Positions 39,611-49,012 of a DNA stretch of 64,000 nucleotides are shown in pieces. This DNA comes from an uncultured Planctomycetales bacterium (GTDB lineage: Bacteria; Planctomycetota; Phycisphaerae; UBA1845; JAFGLZ01). Made by a program: the position numbers and the translations under genes. How positions within the stretch are numbered: position 1 is the stretch's first letter; each line of letters begins with the position of its first letter. The stretch is from the NCBI GenBank assembly GCA_964622545.1, contig CAZUQM010000014.1, positions 39,726 through 103,725 of the forward strand. The letters run 5' to 3'. Under the pieces are notes generated by a model that saw nothing but the letters and a program-made list of their open reading frames with translations, had not been told where the DNA came from and did not search any database.

Positions 39611-42259
39611 TCAACGTGGCGACTTGCTGACGTGTCGACGTGTTGACGTCTCGACGTTTGCCACCCACCGCCCGGCCTCGGGAAGCTCATCGGCCGAGGT
39701 CTGCGGACTCGCCTCACCGTCGGCGGCGTCCACCAGGATGCTGGCCGTCGCGCTCTCTCCGAAGGTCTTGTCCCCGTGACGGAAGCCCGGGACGTCTACG
39801 GCCAGGGCCACCTTTCCGTCCTCCGACCGGATCTCCAGCGAAGCGGGGCGATCCGCACCGAGCTGGCCCCGAATCCGCCAGCCGCCGAGCCGCACCGAGC
39901 CGTCCCGTCCGCTCTTCGGTTCGTCGAACCCACCGCTCGCGCCCTTGGGCACGAGCTGCAACAGCGAGAGGAACCGCATCGTCCGGCACCGCCGCTTGGG
40001 CTCGACCGTCGCGTGCCACTGATCCGGAAAGACCTTCGGCTTCTTGCCACGGTACGTCTTCTTGGCCCAGTTGACCGCCGGCGGGTCGAACTCCGTGCTG
40101 AGCCTCAGCTCCAAGGGCGTCGTACCCGTCACGTCGACGCGGGCATCCGCCCGCGGCGCCGCAGCGACCAGACGACACCGTCCGCCCTCGGCCCGCATTT
40201 CCGTCGGACTGTGCAGCAGCCAGCTCCACCGCGCATCGTGGTCGGCTACCAGGTCGTCATACACCACGACGAGGTTCGGTCGCAGCAGCACGAGGTGCCG
40301 CCGGAACCGCTTCAACCCCGCCCGACCGTACGCGGCCGAGGCATCCCCGCAGCAGTAGCTCAACCGATCGCTGTTGAGGAACCGTGCGATCCACCCGAAA
40401 CCTTCCGTCCCGTCGGTCTGGCCCTTGCCGTCGATCAAGACCGAGTTGTGCCCCCGCGTGGCCTTGTACCATGTCTTCGTGTGCGGATCCGCCATCGCGA
40501 TGTAATAACCCGAGTTCAGGAAGACCGGCTCGCCGCCATAGATGATGTGAAATGCGTTCTGGCAGGCATGCGCATGACTTACGGCCCCGTAGGGGCTCGA
40601 CCGGAATCCTACCATAACGTCGTATTCCGTTTTTCCCAGCCCCGTGTGCATCGACACGACGCCGACGTCCCGAAACGCCTTGGCCTGCGGCAGATCCGTC
40701 GGCGGTTTCGGCTTGAGCGACGCCGGCTTCGGCGAGCCGTGCACTCTGCGATGCCAGGTCAGACCCGCCGGCAGATCCAGCTCCCGCCGCTCACCGGCGA
40801 GACAAGCACCCACGTACCACAGGGCGTACGGATTGCTGAATCGACGCCCCAGCTCCTCGACGAAGGCCAGCCGCTTGTCGCGCGGATGCTCTCGCAGTTC
40901 ACAGGCGTCGCCGAAGCCGTCCGGGACCGACTGCGGCGGCCAGGTGTACATCAGGAAATCGGGCGCGTTGCGATACCACGCGTGCTGCATCAGATCGACG
41001 CCGGTCAATCGCTTCATCAGCGACGGCAGCAACAGCAAAGTGTCGACGTTGACCTTGAAGTAGCTGTTGCCGTTGGCCCATCCGCCGTCGTCGCCGCCCA
41101 TGAGAGGGAAGCGGGCGAGCCACAGGCCGTACACGTAGCTCGCCCAGGCGGCGGCCTCGGGCAACTCGCCCAGGGTGGCGAACGCCACCTCGGTGAATTC
41201 CATCAGCAGGTGCTGCCAGATGTGGGCTCGGAAGACACGGGTCTCGAGGTTGTTGACGTTGGATGCGTACCAACGCCCCGCGCGGACCTTCATCGCCTCG
41301 AGCAGGAGCTTGCGCTGGTCCTCCGTTAGCAGCCCGTGACACGTGTCGTAGGCCAGCGCCATCGCTCGCATGCACGAGCCGTCGGCGAAGTCGCTGACCT
41401 TGGGGCGCGTGAAGCCGTCGGGGTCCCAGCCGGCCACATGCACGGCCCGACGAATCGCCTCGCGCGCGTACCGCTCATCGTCGGTGAGCAGGTACGTGCT
41501 GGTGAGCCACTCGACCGCGTCGGCCATCCTTCCGGCCAGACGCTTGCTGTCCCACCGTCGAAACTTGAAGACCTGGTAGCGGTCTTGACCCTTCTTCGGC
41601 GTCGCTGCGTCCGACGGCAGCGGCTTGCCGAGACACGCGTCGGCCTGGCGGATGAAGCGCTGCCGCGCGGCCGCTTGGGCGAAGGCACGCCGGATGGCCT
41701 TGGTTTCGTCGGGCGTGGCCCAGAGCCTGGGGTGTCCCTTCGGACACGCGGCCAGGACCTTCGTCGCCGGCGGCAGGAGGCGCACCGTCGCCTCGTCGGT
41801 GACACGAAAGGTGTGCGTCGGCGACCACGAGACTTCGCCGGACGAACGTACCGGTCCGACCTGCCAGTACCACCGTCCGGGCGCGAGCCTGCGATGCAGG
41901 TTGAAGAACGCGGTCGAGAGGTCGTCGGCCCGTATCGTGGATCCGGCGGGAAACTCACGGTCACGGGAGAGGCGGACCGCATAGCGAACGTCGCGGCGGA
42001 AGTCTGCCGGCCAGAGCAGCGACGGCGGGTTGACCGACACGGCCACGTCGAAGGCCGGGCTGGGCACCGCACGGGGATCGGTCAGGAGGGCGTCCACGCC
42101 GCCGATGGGGCCTCTGGCCTCGAGCTTTTCGTCCTCGGCTTGGTGGGTGCCTCTATCGATCGTGCGGTTGCTTTGACTGCATCCGGTGGCCAGCCCTGCC
42201 ACGCCTGCGGCGGCGGTGGTCAGGAACTCTCGTCTGCGAATCCTACGTCTTGCTGTCAT
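39611..42259 (-). CDS. DUF4962 plus heparinase II/III-like family protein with a TAT/lipoprotein-type signal
   Basis: The N-terminus is MTARRRIRRREFLTTAAAGVAGLATGC. The heparinase II/III-like core reads YGAVSHAHACQNAFHIIYGGEPVFLNSGYY. The last 16 codons are encoded by an octamer repeat array. Confidence 0.8.
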   Translation of the reverse strand: MTARRRIRRREFLTTAAAGVAGLATGCSQSNRTIDRGTHQAEDEKLEARGPIGGVDALLTDPRAVPSPAFDVAVSVNPPSLLWPADFRRDVRYAVRLSRDREFPAGSTIRADDLSTAFFNLHRRLAPGRWYWQVGPVRSSGEVSWSPTHTFRVTDEATVRLLPPATKVLAACPKGHPRLWATPDETKAIRRAFAQAAARQRFIRQADACLGKPLPSDAATPKKGQDRYQVFKFRRWDSKRLAGRMADAVEWLTSTYLLTDDERYAREAIRRAVHVAGWDPDGFTRPKVSDFADGSCMRAMALAYDTCHGLLTEDQRKLLLEAMKVRAGRWYASNVNNLETRVFRAHIWQHLLMEFTEVAFATLGELPEAAAWASYVYGLWLARFPLMGGDDGGWANGNSYFKVNVDTLLLLPSLMKRLTGVDLMQHAWYRNAPDFLMYTWPPQSVPDGFGDACELREHPRDKRLAFVEELGRRFSNPYALWYVGACLAGERRELDLPAGLTWHRRVHGSPKPASLKPKPPTDLPQAKAFRDVGVVSMHTGLGKTEYDVMVGFRSSPYGAVSHAHACQNAFHIIYGGEPVFLNSGYYIAMADPHTKTWYKATRGHNSVLIDGKGQTDGTEGFGWIARFLNSDRLSYCCGDASAAYGRAGLKRFRRHLVLLRPNLVVVYDDLVADHDARWSWLLHSPTEMRAEGGRCRLVAAAPRADARVDVTGTTPLELRLSTEFDPPAVNWAKKTYRGKKPKVFPDQWHATVEPKRRCRTMRFLSLLQLVPKGASGGFDEPKSGRDGSVRLGGWRIRGQLGADRPASLEIRSEDGKVALAVDVPGFRHGDKTFGESATASILVDAADGEASPQTSADELPEAGRWVANVETSTRRHVSKSPR
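39612..39659 (+). repeat. octanucleotide array module A (6 units), overlapping the 3' end of the 39611..42259 CDS
   Basis: The sequence reads CAACGTGG CGACTTGC TGACGTGT CGACGTGT TGACGTCT CGACGTTT. Confidence 0.8.
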
Positions 42260-42550
42260 ACGACGACCTCATAGCAGCCTTTGCCGGTCGGGGTTGGCGA
42301 TGGCCCGTATGCGCGTTGTCGCTCACTTCGAGCGTCGTCGATCCTATCAGGCCGCGTGCTTGAGGACCAACCGCGACGGTCGGGCGCGAATGCCGCCCTC
42401 AGCCCCGGCGGAGGTGCCTCGTCATCCCTTGACCGTGCGGTCAGGCCGCGAGGATGATGTCATCCAACGTATTTGGCTACGTCCGCATGGCACGCGAGGC
42501 CGGTTGCGGCACCCCACGGGATGCCCGACCCGATCGGAGGAACACCTCTC

Positions 42551-43828
42551 ATGATTGCGAAGGGAACACGTTTCGGCTGCGTCCCGCTCGTCGCGCTGAC
42601 GTTGGTGTCCTGCGCGAGCCCGTGTACCGCCGGCACGGCCGGTCGGGCGACATCGCTGGAGCCAGCGCTCGGGGCGCAGGGGACGCTGTCCTTCACCATG
42701 AAGGTAGACCAGACGTACCGTAACGGATTGAACGCCAAGAGCGTCCGCGTCGGCTTGCTGGACGTCCCGCGCGTGGCGCGGCTTGACTTCCAACAAGGGC
42801 AAGCCGCCTGTCAGCTTCGTTGGATCTGGCTCAGGCGGGGACGAGACCAGAACCTGACGGTGAATACGCCAAGCCTGCCCGAAGGCGAGTACGCGGTCGC
42901 TTTCACGTGGGATACCCAGCAGGGATTGTTCAACGGCTACGTGAACGGTACGCCGCTTCGGCTGCCGGGAACGAAACTGGGCTCGTGGTCGGTCCCGCGT
43001 ATCGATCAGGTTCGCGTCTCGGAGGGGCCGGTCCTCGTGACGTCGGTCAAGGCCCTGCCGCGCTATCTGTCCGAGTCGGAGGCGGTCAAGCTCGTGCCCG
43101 AGAAGCTTCGAGGGCGTCATGCGGACCTGTTCGGCGGCAAGCCGGTATGCCGGCCGATGGACATCCAGGGTTCTCGCGGCGGGCTGGTCTATGAGGCTGC
43201 CCTGGATGACGCATCGGACATCAAAGGCTGGATCATGGAGGGACCGGGCACGGTGGCGTTCAAGGACGGATGGATGGAGATGGCCTCGACCGAGCCCGAG
43301 GGACGCCATGGCCACATCGTGCACTGGTGCCCGAAGGACCTGCCGGACCGGTTCGTGGCCGAGTGGGACTTCCAGGCCGTCTCGGAGCTCGGGTTGTGCA
43401 TCGTCTTCTTCGCGGCCGAGGGCGCGAAGGGGCAAGACATCTTCGACCCGGCTCTGCCGAAGCGCAACGGGGTCTTCAGGCAATACACGCGGGGTGCGAT
43501 TCGGAGCTACCACATCTCGTACTACGCGAACACGCCGTCGAACCAGGGCCGGATCACGTCGAACATGCGGAAGAACAACTGGTTCTTCCTGGTGGCCAAC
43601 GGTCCCCCGGGCGTCGTGCCCGGGTCGAAGGCGGTTCATCACGTCCGCCTGATCAAGGACGGTGCGCACGTCCAGTTTCAGGTGGACGGGGGCGTGGTCA
43701 TCGACTTCACCGACGACGGCCGGCGGTACGGGCCGATCTTGACCGACGGCAAGATCGGTCTGCGACAGATGCAGTGGATGGTGGCGCGGTATCGCAACCT
43801 CAAAGTGTGGCGGCTCGAGGGGCGGTAG
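42551..43828 (+). CDS. secreted protein with a C-terminal DUF1961 (concanavalin-A-like) domain
   Basis: ATG 42551 is preceded by GGAGGA, and a lipoprotein-like signal is present (LVALTLVSCAS). The C-terminal pattern is LCIVFFAAEGAKGQDIFD..YHISYYAN..NMRKNNWFFLV..GKIGLRQM..YRNLKVW. Confidence 0.7.
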   Translation: MIAKGTRFGCVPLVALTLVSCASPCTAGTAGRATSLEPALGAQGTLSFTMKVDQTYRNGLNAKSVRVGLLDVPRVARLDFQQGQAACQLRWIWLRRGRDQNLTVNTPSLPEGEYAVAFTWDTQQGLFNGYVNGTPLRLPGTKLGSWSVPRIDQVRVSEGPVLVTSVKALPRYLSESEAVKLVPEKLRGRHADLFGGKPVCRPMDIQGSRGGLVYEAALDDASDIKGWIMEGPGTVAFKDGWMEMASTEPEGRHGHIVHWCPKDLPDRFVAEWDFQAVSELGLCIVFFAAEGAKGQDIFDPALPKRNGVFRQYTRGAIRSYHISYYANTPSNQGRITSNMRKNNWFFLVANGPPGVVPGSKAVHHVRLIKDGAHVQFQVDGGVVIDFTDDGRRYGPILTDGKIGLRQMQWMVARYRNLKVWRLEGR

Positions 43829-44125
43829 GGGCCGGGCTCTCACCGGCCGATGGAGGCGACATCCGATCCTGTCTTACTCTGTCGGGCCTTCCTACTCAGG
43901 CGTGGTCCCGCGCTCGTGGCGCTCGGTCCGAGTGTGACGGATCGTGAGCCGATTTAACGTCCGATAACTCATTCGTCCATGTGCGAGGCTTGTGATAAAG
44001 CCCGCGGCGGGAGGTGCCGATAACCTAACGGGCCTCCGGCGCGCGCCGCGGACCCGGGGACCACCCCAGGCTGCGTGCATGGAGCGAACGGAATCGCGGC
44101 CCGATCCGGCGGATGGAGTCCGCAA

Positions 44126-44824
44126 ATGACGGTGCCAGATACGGTTGGGGGAATCATCCAGGCACGGATGCGCTCGCAGCGGCTGCCGGGCAAGATGCTG
44201 CGCCTGCTGGGGGGCCGTCCCCTGCTCCAGGTCGTCGTCGATCGCGTGGCCGCCAGCGATCGGCTGGACGTGGTCGCGGTGGTGACGAGTACGGAGCCCG
44301 ACGACGATCCGATCGAGCGCTTCTGCGATGCGGCGGGCGTGGCCTGTTTCCGCGGCGACCACGAGAACGTGGCGCGGCGGTACCTCGACGCGGTCGCGCA
44401 TTTCGGGATCGAGGCCTTCGTACGGATCTGCGGTGACAGTCCGTTGATCGATCCGCGGCTGATCGATCATGGCTTAGAGCTGCTGGCGACAGGCCGATAC
44501 GAGGTGGTGACGAACAACCTGCGGCGGACCTTCCCCAGTGGCCAGACCATCGAGATCGTGACGGCGGCGGCGTACCAGCGTGGCTTCGGTCGGATGACGC
44601 GGCCCGGGCATTTCGAGCACGTGACGCGGTACTTCTACGAGCATCCGCTCGACTTTCGTCTGATCAACTTCACGGCCGACGAGGACTGCTCGAGCTTCCG
44701 GATGACGGTGGACACGCAAGAGGACTTCGATCGCATCGAGGCGTTTTTGGCCGGCATCGACCGGCCGCTCCGCGAGTACGGCTGGAGAGAGAGCCTTGCC
44801 GAGCTGTACGCAACGACAGTCTAG
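44126..44824 (+). CDS. SpsF/acylneuraminate cytidylyltransferase-family protein (candidate CMP-nonulosonate synthetase)
   Basis: The N-terminus reads GGIIQARMRSQRLPGKML..LGGRPLL, followed by RICGDSPLIDP. This is typical of the CTP_transf_3/SpsF type. ATG 44126 is preferred over 44075. Confidence 0.75.
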   Translation: MTVPDTVGGIIQARMRSQRLPGKMLRLLGGRPLLQVVVDRVAASDRLDVVAVVTSTEPDDDPIERFCDAAGVACFRGDHENVARRYLDAVAHFGIEAFVRICGDSPLIDPRLIDHGLELLATGRYEVVTNNLRRTFPSGQTIEIVTAAAYQRGFGRMTRPGHFEHVTRYFYEHPLDFRLINFTADEDCSSFRMTVDTQEDFDRIEAFLAGIDRPLREYGWRESLAELYATTV

Positions 44825-45848
44825 CGGCGTTGCCACGACGGCGACGCGACCGCTTCGGGCGGCGGTGATCGGCCTGGGCGTGGGCGAGGCGCATGTGGCG
44901 GCCTATCGCGGTCACCAGGCCTGCGAGGTGGTTGCGCTGTGCGACTTCAATCGTGACCGGCTCGAGGAGATCGGCAGGAAGGCGCCGGGCGCGGCGCTAC
45001 ATGTCTCGGCTGATGCCATTCTTGAAGATCCGAGTATCGACGTCGTCTCGGTTGCGTCGTACGACAACTACCATTGCGAGCAGACCGTGCGGGCCTTGTC
45101 CGCCGGCAAGCATGTGTTCGTCGAGAAGCCGATCTGCCTGAACGAGGACGAAGCGCTGCGGATTCGCGAGGCGCTCGACGCCAACCCGCATTTGAAGCTG
45201 TCGTCCAACCTCATCCTGCGGAAGTGTCCCCGGTTCGTGGCGCTCAAGCAGCAGATCGAGCGGGGCGATTTCGGTGAGCTGTTCCTGCTGGAGGGGCACT
45301 ACGAATACGGCCGGCTGCACAAGATCACCGAGGGCTGGCGGGGCGCGATCGACTTCTATTCGGTGGTGTACGGCGGGGCGATCCATCTGGTCGACCTGAT
45401 GCTGTGGCTGACGGGCGACGAGATCGTCGAGGTAGCCGCATTCGGCAATCAGGTGGCGTCGCGCGATACGCCGTTTCGCTACAACGACACGGTCGTGTCG
45501 GTCGTACGGTTCGCCGGAGGCCTGGTGGGCAAGGTCGGCGTGAGCTACGGCTGCGTCCGGCCGCACTTCCACGACCTGAAGGTCTACGGCACGCAAGCGA
45601 CGTTCATCAACGGCAGTCCGGACGGTGTGCTCTACAGATCGCGCGACCCCGACGCAGAGCCCGAGCTTGCAACGGAGGCCTATCCCGGCGCAGACAAGGG
45701 CGAACTGCTTCACGATTTCATCGATGCGATCGTGGGCGGCACCGAGCCGAGCGTGGGCACGGACGATGTTTTCCGTGCGATGTCGACCTGCCTGGCCATC
45801 GAGGCCGCGAGCACGAGCGGAGCGGTGTGTTCGGTGAGGAGCATCTGA
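44796..45848 (+). CDS. Gfo/Idh/MocA family oxidoreductase
   Basis: The start is TTG, with GGAGAGAGAG immediately upstream, and it overlaps the previous gene by 29 nt. The motifs are LRAAVIGLGVGEAH, the Rossmann segment, and FVEKPICL. Confidence 0.8.
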   Translation: MPSCTQRQSSGVATTATRPLRAAVIGLGVGEAHVAAYRGHQACEVVALCDFNRDRLEEIGRKAPGAALHVSADAILEDPSIDVVSVASYDNYHCEQTVRALSAGKHVFVEKPICLNEDEALRIREALDANPHLKLSSNLILRKCPRFVALKQQIERGDFGELFLLEGHYEYGRLHKITEGWRGAIDFYSVVYGGAIHLVDLMLWLTGDEIVEVAAFGNQVASRDTPFRYNDTVVSVVRFAGGLVGKVGVSYGCVRPHFHDLKVYGTQATFINGSPDGVLYRSRDPDAEPELATEAYPGADKGELLHDFIDAIVGGTEPSVGTDDVFRAMSTCLAIEAASTSGAVCSVRSI

Positions 45849-47032
45849 TGACGACGGCGACGCAACAACCCGCGCTGGCCCGGCCGATCCCGTTCGGGCG
45901 ACCGATGCTCGACGAGGCGGAGAAGCAGGCGGTGATGCGCGTGCTGGACGGGCCGATCCTGACGCACGGTCCGCTGGTCAAGCAGTTCGAGGCCGAGTTC
46001 GCCGCGTTCACGGGTGCCGAGCACGCGGTGGCGACGTCGAGCTGTGCGGCCGCGTTGCATCTGGCGTGTCTCGCCCTCGAGATCGGGCCCGGCGACGAGG
46101 TGTTGGTTTCGGCGCAGACGCACGTAGCGACCGCGCACGCGGTCGAGCTGGTCGGCGCGACGTGCCGGTTCGTCGACTCCGAGCGACGGACGGGCAACAT
46201 CGACCCGGACCTGATCGAGCGGGCCGTCACCGATCGGACCAAGGCCATCGGGCTGGTGCACTACCTGGGCTTTCCGGCGGCGATGGACCGGATCATGGCG
46301 ATCGCTGAGCGGTACAGGCTGGCTGTGATTGAGGACTGCGCGATCGCGTTGGGCACGACGATCGGCGATCGGCACGCGGGGTTGATCGGCGACGCGGGGT
46401 GTTTCTCGTTCTACCCGGTCAAGGCGATGACCACGGGCGAGGGCGGGATGCTGATCACGCGTCGGAACGACGTGGCGGCCCGGGCGTCACAGCTTCGCGC
46501 GTTCGGCATCGATCGGAACGTGGTGGCCGAGCGACCGGTGCCGGGGCTGTACGACGTGCAGATGCTGGGGCTGAACTACCGCATGAACGAGATCGGCGCG
46601 GCGCTGGGGCTGGCACAGCTCGCCAAGCTGCCGGAGTTCCTACGTGTGCGTCGGCGCAACTTCCGGGTGCTGGCCGACGGGTTGGCCGGCATCGAGGGCG
46701 TCGAGGTCCTCGGCCGAGACCAGTCATTGGAAACGGCCGGTTGTTACTGCCTGGTCATGCTGCTCGACGACGAGTTGGCGGCCCGGCGGGCCGACCTGAT
46801 CGATTTGCTGAAGGCGCGCGGCGTGGGCACGAGCATCTACTATCCGCAGCCGGTCCCGCGCATGACGTATTACCGAACCAAGTACGACAGCCGGGACGGG
46901 GACACGCCGGTGGCGGCGCGGATCAGCGATGCGTCGCTGGCGCTGCCTGTAGGGCCTCACGTCGGGGCGGACGACGTGACCAACATGGCGACCATCATCG
47001 CCGGAGCGGTCGAGGAGATTCGCAGACTATGA
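45848..47032 (+). CDS. DegT/DnrJ/EryC1/StrS-family (PseC/LegC-like) sugar aminotransferase
   Basis: The ATG overlaps the upstream stop (TGATG). The motifs are IPFGRPMLDEAEKQAV, AVATSSCAALHLA, FSFYPVKAMTTGEGGM (with the PLP-binding lysine) and NYRMNEIGAALG. Confidence 0.88.
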   Translation: MTTATQQPALARPIPFGRPMLDEAEKQAVMRVLDGPILTHGPLVKQFEAEFAAFTGAEHAVATSSCAAALHLACLALEIGPGDEVLVSAQTHVATAHAVELVGATCRFVDSERRTGNIDPDLIERAVTDRTKAIGLVHYLGFPAAMDRIMAIAERYRLAVIEDCAIALGTTIGDRHAGLIGDAGCFSFYPVKAMTTGEGGMLITRRNDVAARASQLRAFGIDRNVVAERPVPGLYDVQMLGLNYRMNEIGAALGLAQLAKLPEFLRVRRRNFRVLADGLAGIEGVEVLGRDQSLETAGCYCLVMLLDDELAARRADLIDLLKARGVGTSIYYPQPVPRMTYYRTKYDSRDGDTPVAARISDASLALPVGPHVGADDVTNMATIIAGAVEEIRRL

Positions 47033-48081
47033 GCTCACTGGAGAACCGACGCGTGGCCCTGATCGGCGGGGCGGGCTTCATCGGCCACAACCTGGCGCTC
47101 GAGCTAGTGAGGCAGGGCTGCCACGTCGAGATCGTCGACAGTTTGATGGTCAACAACCTGCTGTCGATGGCCTCCGGCAACCCGGGCTCGATCCCGCCGG
47201 AGCAGCTTTCGCAGAAGGGTCTGTACATGCGGATGCTGAACGAGCGGCTGGACCTGCTGCGCGAGGCCGGCGTGCCGCTGCACACGCAGGACGCTCGGGA
47301 GTACGACACCCTCTCGCACACGCTCGACCGGATCAAGCCGGATACGATCATCCACCTGGCTGCCGTGGCGCACGCCAACGTGTCGAACAAGGATCCGCAC
47401 TCGACGTTCGATCACAGCCTGCGGACGCTGGAGAACGCGCTGGACAACGCGCGGTCGGCCTGCCTGAACGTCAAGCACTTCATCTACTTCTCGTCAAGCA
47501 TGGTGTACGGCAACTTCACCGAGGGCGTGGTGACCGAGACCTCGCCGTGCGACCCGATCGGGATCTACGGCGCGCTGAAGTTCGCCGGCGAGAAGATGGT
47601 GATCGCGTACAACCAGGTCTTCGGCATGCCGTACACGATCATCCGCCCGTCGGCTCTCTACGGCGAGCGATGCGTCAGCCGCCGGGTCGGGCAGGTCTTC
47701 ATCGAGAACGCCCTTCAGGGCAAGGAGGTCACGATCCAGGGCGACGGGTCGGACTTCCTCGACTTCACGTACATCAAGGACCTCTGCCACGGCGTTCTCC
47801 GCGTCATGCAGTGTGACGAGGCCATCAACGAGACGTTCAACATCACGTACGGCCGGTCGCGGAGCCTAAGGGAATTGACCTCGGTGCTGCGCGACCATTT
47901 CCCCCGCCTGAAGGTTGTCCACAAGGAGCGAGACCGGTTGATGCCGAAGCGTGGCACGCTGTGCATCGACAAGGCTATCGCCATGTTGGATTACACGCCG
48001 CGGTACCCGATCGAGCGCGGGTTCGAGCAGTACGTACGCTGGTACAAGGACAAGGTGCATGCGGTTTGTGCTGTGGGCTAA
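47029..48081 (+). CDS. NAD-dependent epimerase/dehydratase (extended SDR)
   Basis: There is an ATGA overlap with the upstream gene. The motifs are ALIGGAGFIGHNL and the catalytic YGALK. Confidence 0.85.
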   Translation: MSSLENRRVALIGGAGFIGHNLALELVRQGCHVEIVDSLMVNNLLSMASGNPGSIPPEQLSQKGLYMRMLNERLDLLREAGVPLHTQDAREYDTLSHTLDRIKPDTIIHLAAVAHANVSNKDPHSTFDHSLRTLENALDNARSACLNVKHFIYFSSSMVYGNFTEGVVTETSPCDPIGIYGALKFAGEKMVIAYNQVFGMPYTIIRPSALYGERCVSRRVGQVFIENALQGKEVTIQGDGSDFLDFTYIKDLCHGVLRVMQCDEAINETFNITYGRSRSLRELTSVLRDHFPRLKVVHKERDRLMPKRGTLCIDKAIAMLDYTPRYPIERGFEQYVRWYKDKVHAVCAVG

Positions 48082-49012
48082 TGGGAACCGGGGGACGCGT
48101 TGCCTGGCCGCGCTGCTGGGGGCGGGGTATCGTCCGTCGCGGGTCGTCGTGCACCCACCGAAGGGCAGGACGTGGTACACCTCCGTGGCCGCGGCCGCTG
48201 AGGCCGAGGGCCTGCCGACGTTCGCCCCCGAAGACCCCAACGCGCCCGACGCGCTCGATCGCCTGCGGGCCGAGCAGGCCGACGTCTTCGTGCTGGCCGG
48301 GTACGGGCCGATCCTACGACAGCGGGCGCTCGAGATTCCCAAGAGGCTGACGATCAACCTGCACGGCGGGAAGCTGCCGGAGTACCGCGGCTCGTCGCCG
48401 ATGAACTGGGCGCTGATCAACGGCGAGGCATCGTTCTCACTGTCGGTTATCCGCGTGGACGCCGGCGTCGACACCGGCGACGTGCTGCTCGACCGCACGT
48501 TCCCGATCGGCGCGGACGCTACGATCGTCGACCTGCACCACATTGCGAACGAGACGTTTCCGCAGATGCTGATCGAGGTGATGGGGCAGATCGAGCGCGA
48601 CGCGCTGCAGCCGCGCAGGCAGGACCCCGCCAGGGCGCGGTACTTCCCGCTGCGGTTTCCCGATGACGGCCTGGTGATGTGGGACATGCTGACGGCCGAG
48701 CAGGTCCACAATCGCGTTCGCGCGTTGCGTCCGCCCTATCCGGGCGCGTTCACGTATTTCGACGGGCGAAAGGTCACGCTCGTCTCGTCGCGGCAGCGCT
48801 CGTTCGAGTTCCGCGGGGAGCCGGGTCGGGTCTATCGCAAGACGGACGAGGGGCTCCTGGTGTGCGCTAAAGATCGTTGCCTCTGGATTCGCGAGGCCGT
48901 CTTCGCCGACGACGGGGCCGACGCGATGGCGGCGATCGATCGCTACGACCGGCTGGCGACCGTCCAGGCCGTGGCCGAACGGTTCTACAGGGGAGAGGCG
49001 GCGCCATGCTGA
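48059..49012 (+). CDS. formyltransferase (Fmt/ArnA-N-like), candidate sugar N-formyltransferase
   Basis: The protein starts MRFVLWANGNRG. The motif TINLHGGKLPEYRGSSPMNWALINGE carries the Asn/His of the formyltransferase site, and VDAGVDTGDV follows. It overlaps the upstream gene by 23 nt. Confidence 0.8.
   Translation: MRFVLWANGNRGTRCLAALLGAGYRPSRVVVHPPKGRTWYTSVAAAAEAEGLPTFAPEDPNAPDALDRLRAEQADVFVLAGYGPILRQRALEIPKRLTINLHGGKLPEYRGSSPMNWALINGEASFSLSVIRVDAGVDTGDVLLDRTFPIGADATIVDLHHIANETFPQMLIEVMGQIERDALQPRRQDPARARYFPLRFPDDGLVMWDMLTAEQVHNRVRALRPPYPGAFTYFDGRKVTLVSSRQRSFEFRGEPGRVYRKTDEGLLVCAKDRCLWIREAVFADDGADAMAAIDRYDRLATVQAVAERFYRGEAAPC

Noticed and set aside
38891-39646. Small ORFs in the gltB upstream region (38891..39265, 39219..39458, 39320..39646).
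   Set aside because: They show no GC3 bias pattern of real genes and no SD or motif support. They run through repeat modules and hairpins.
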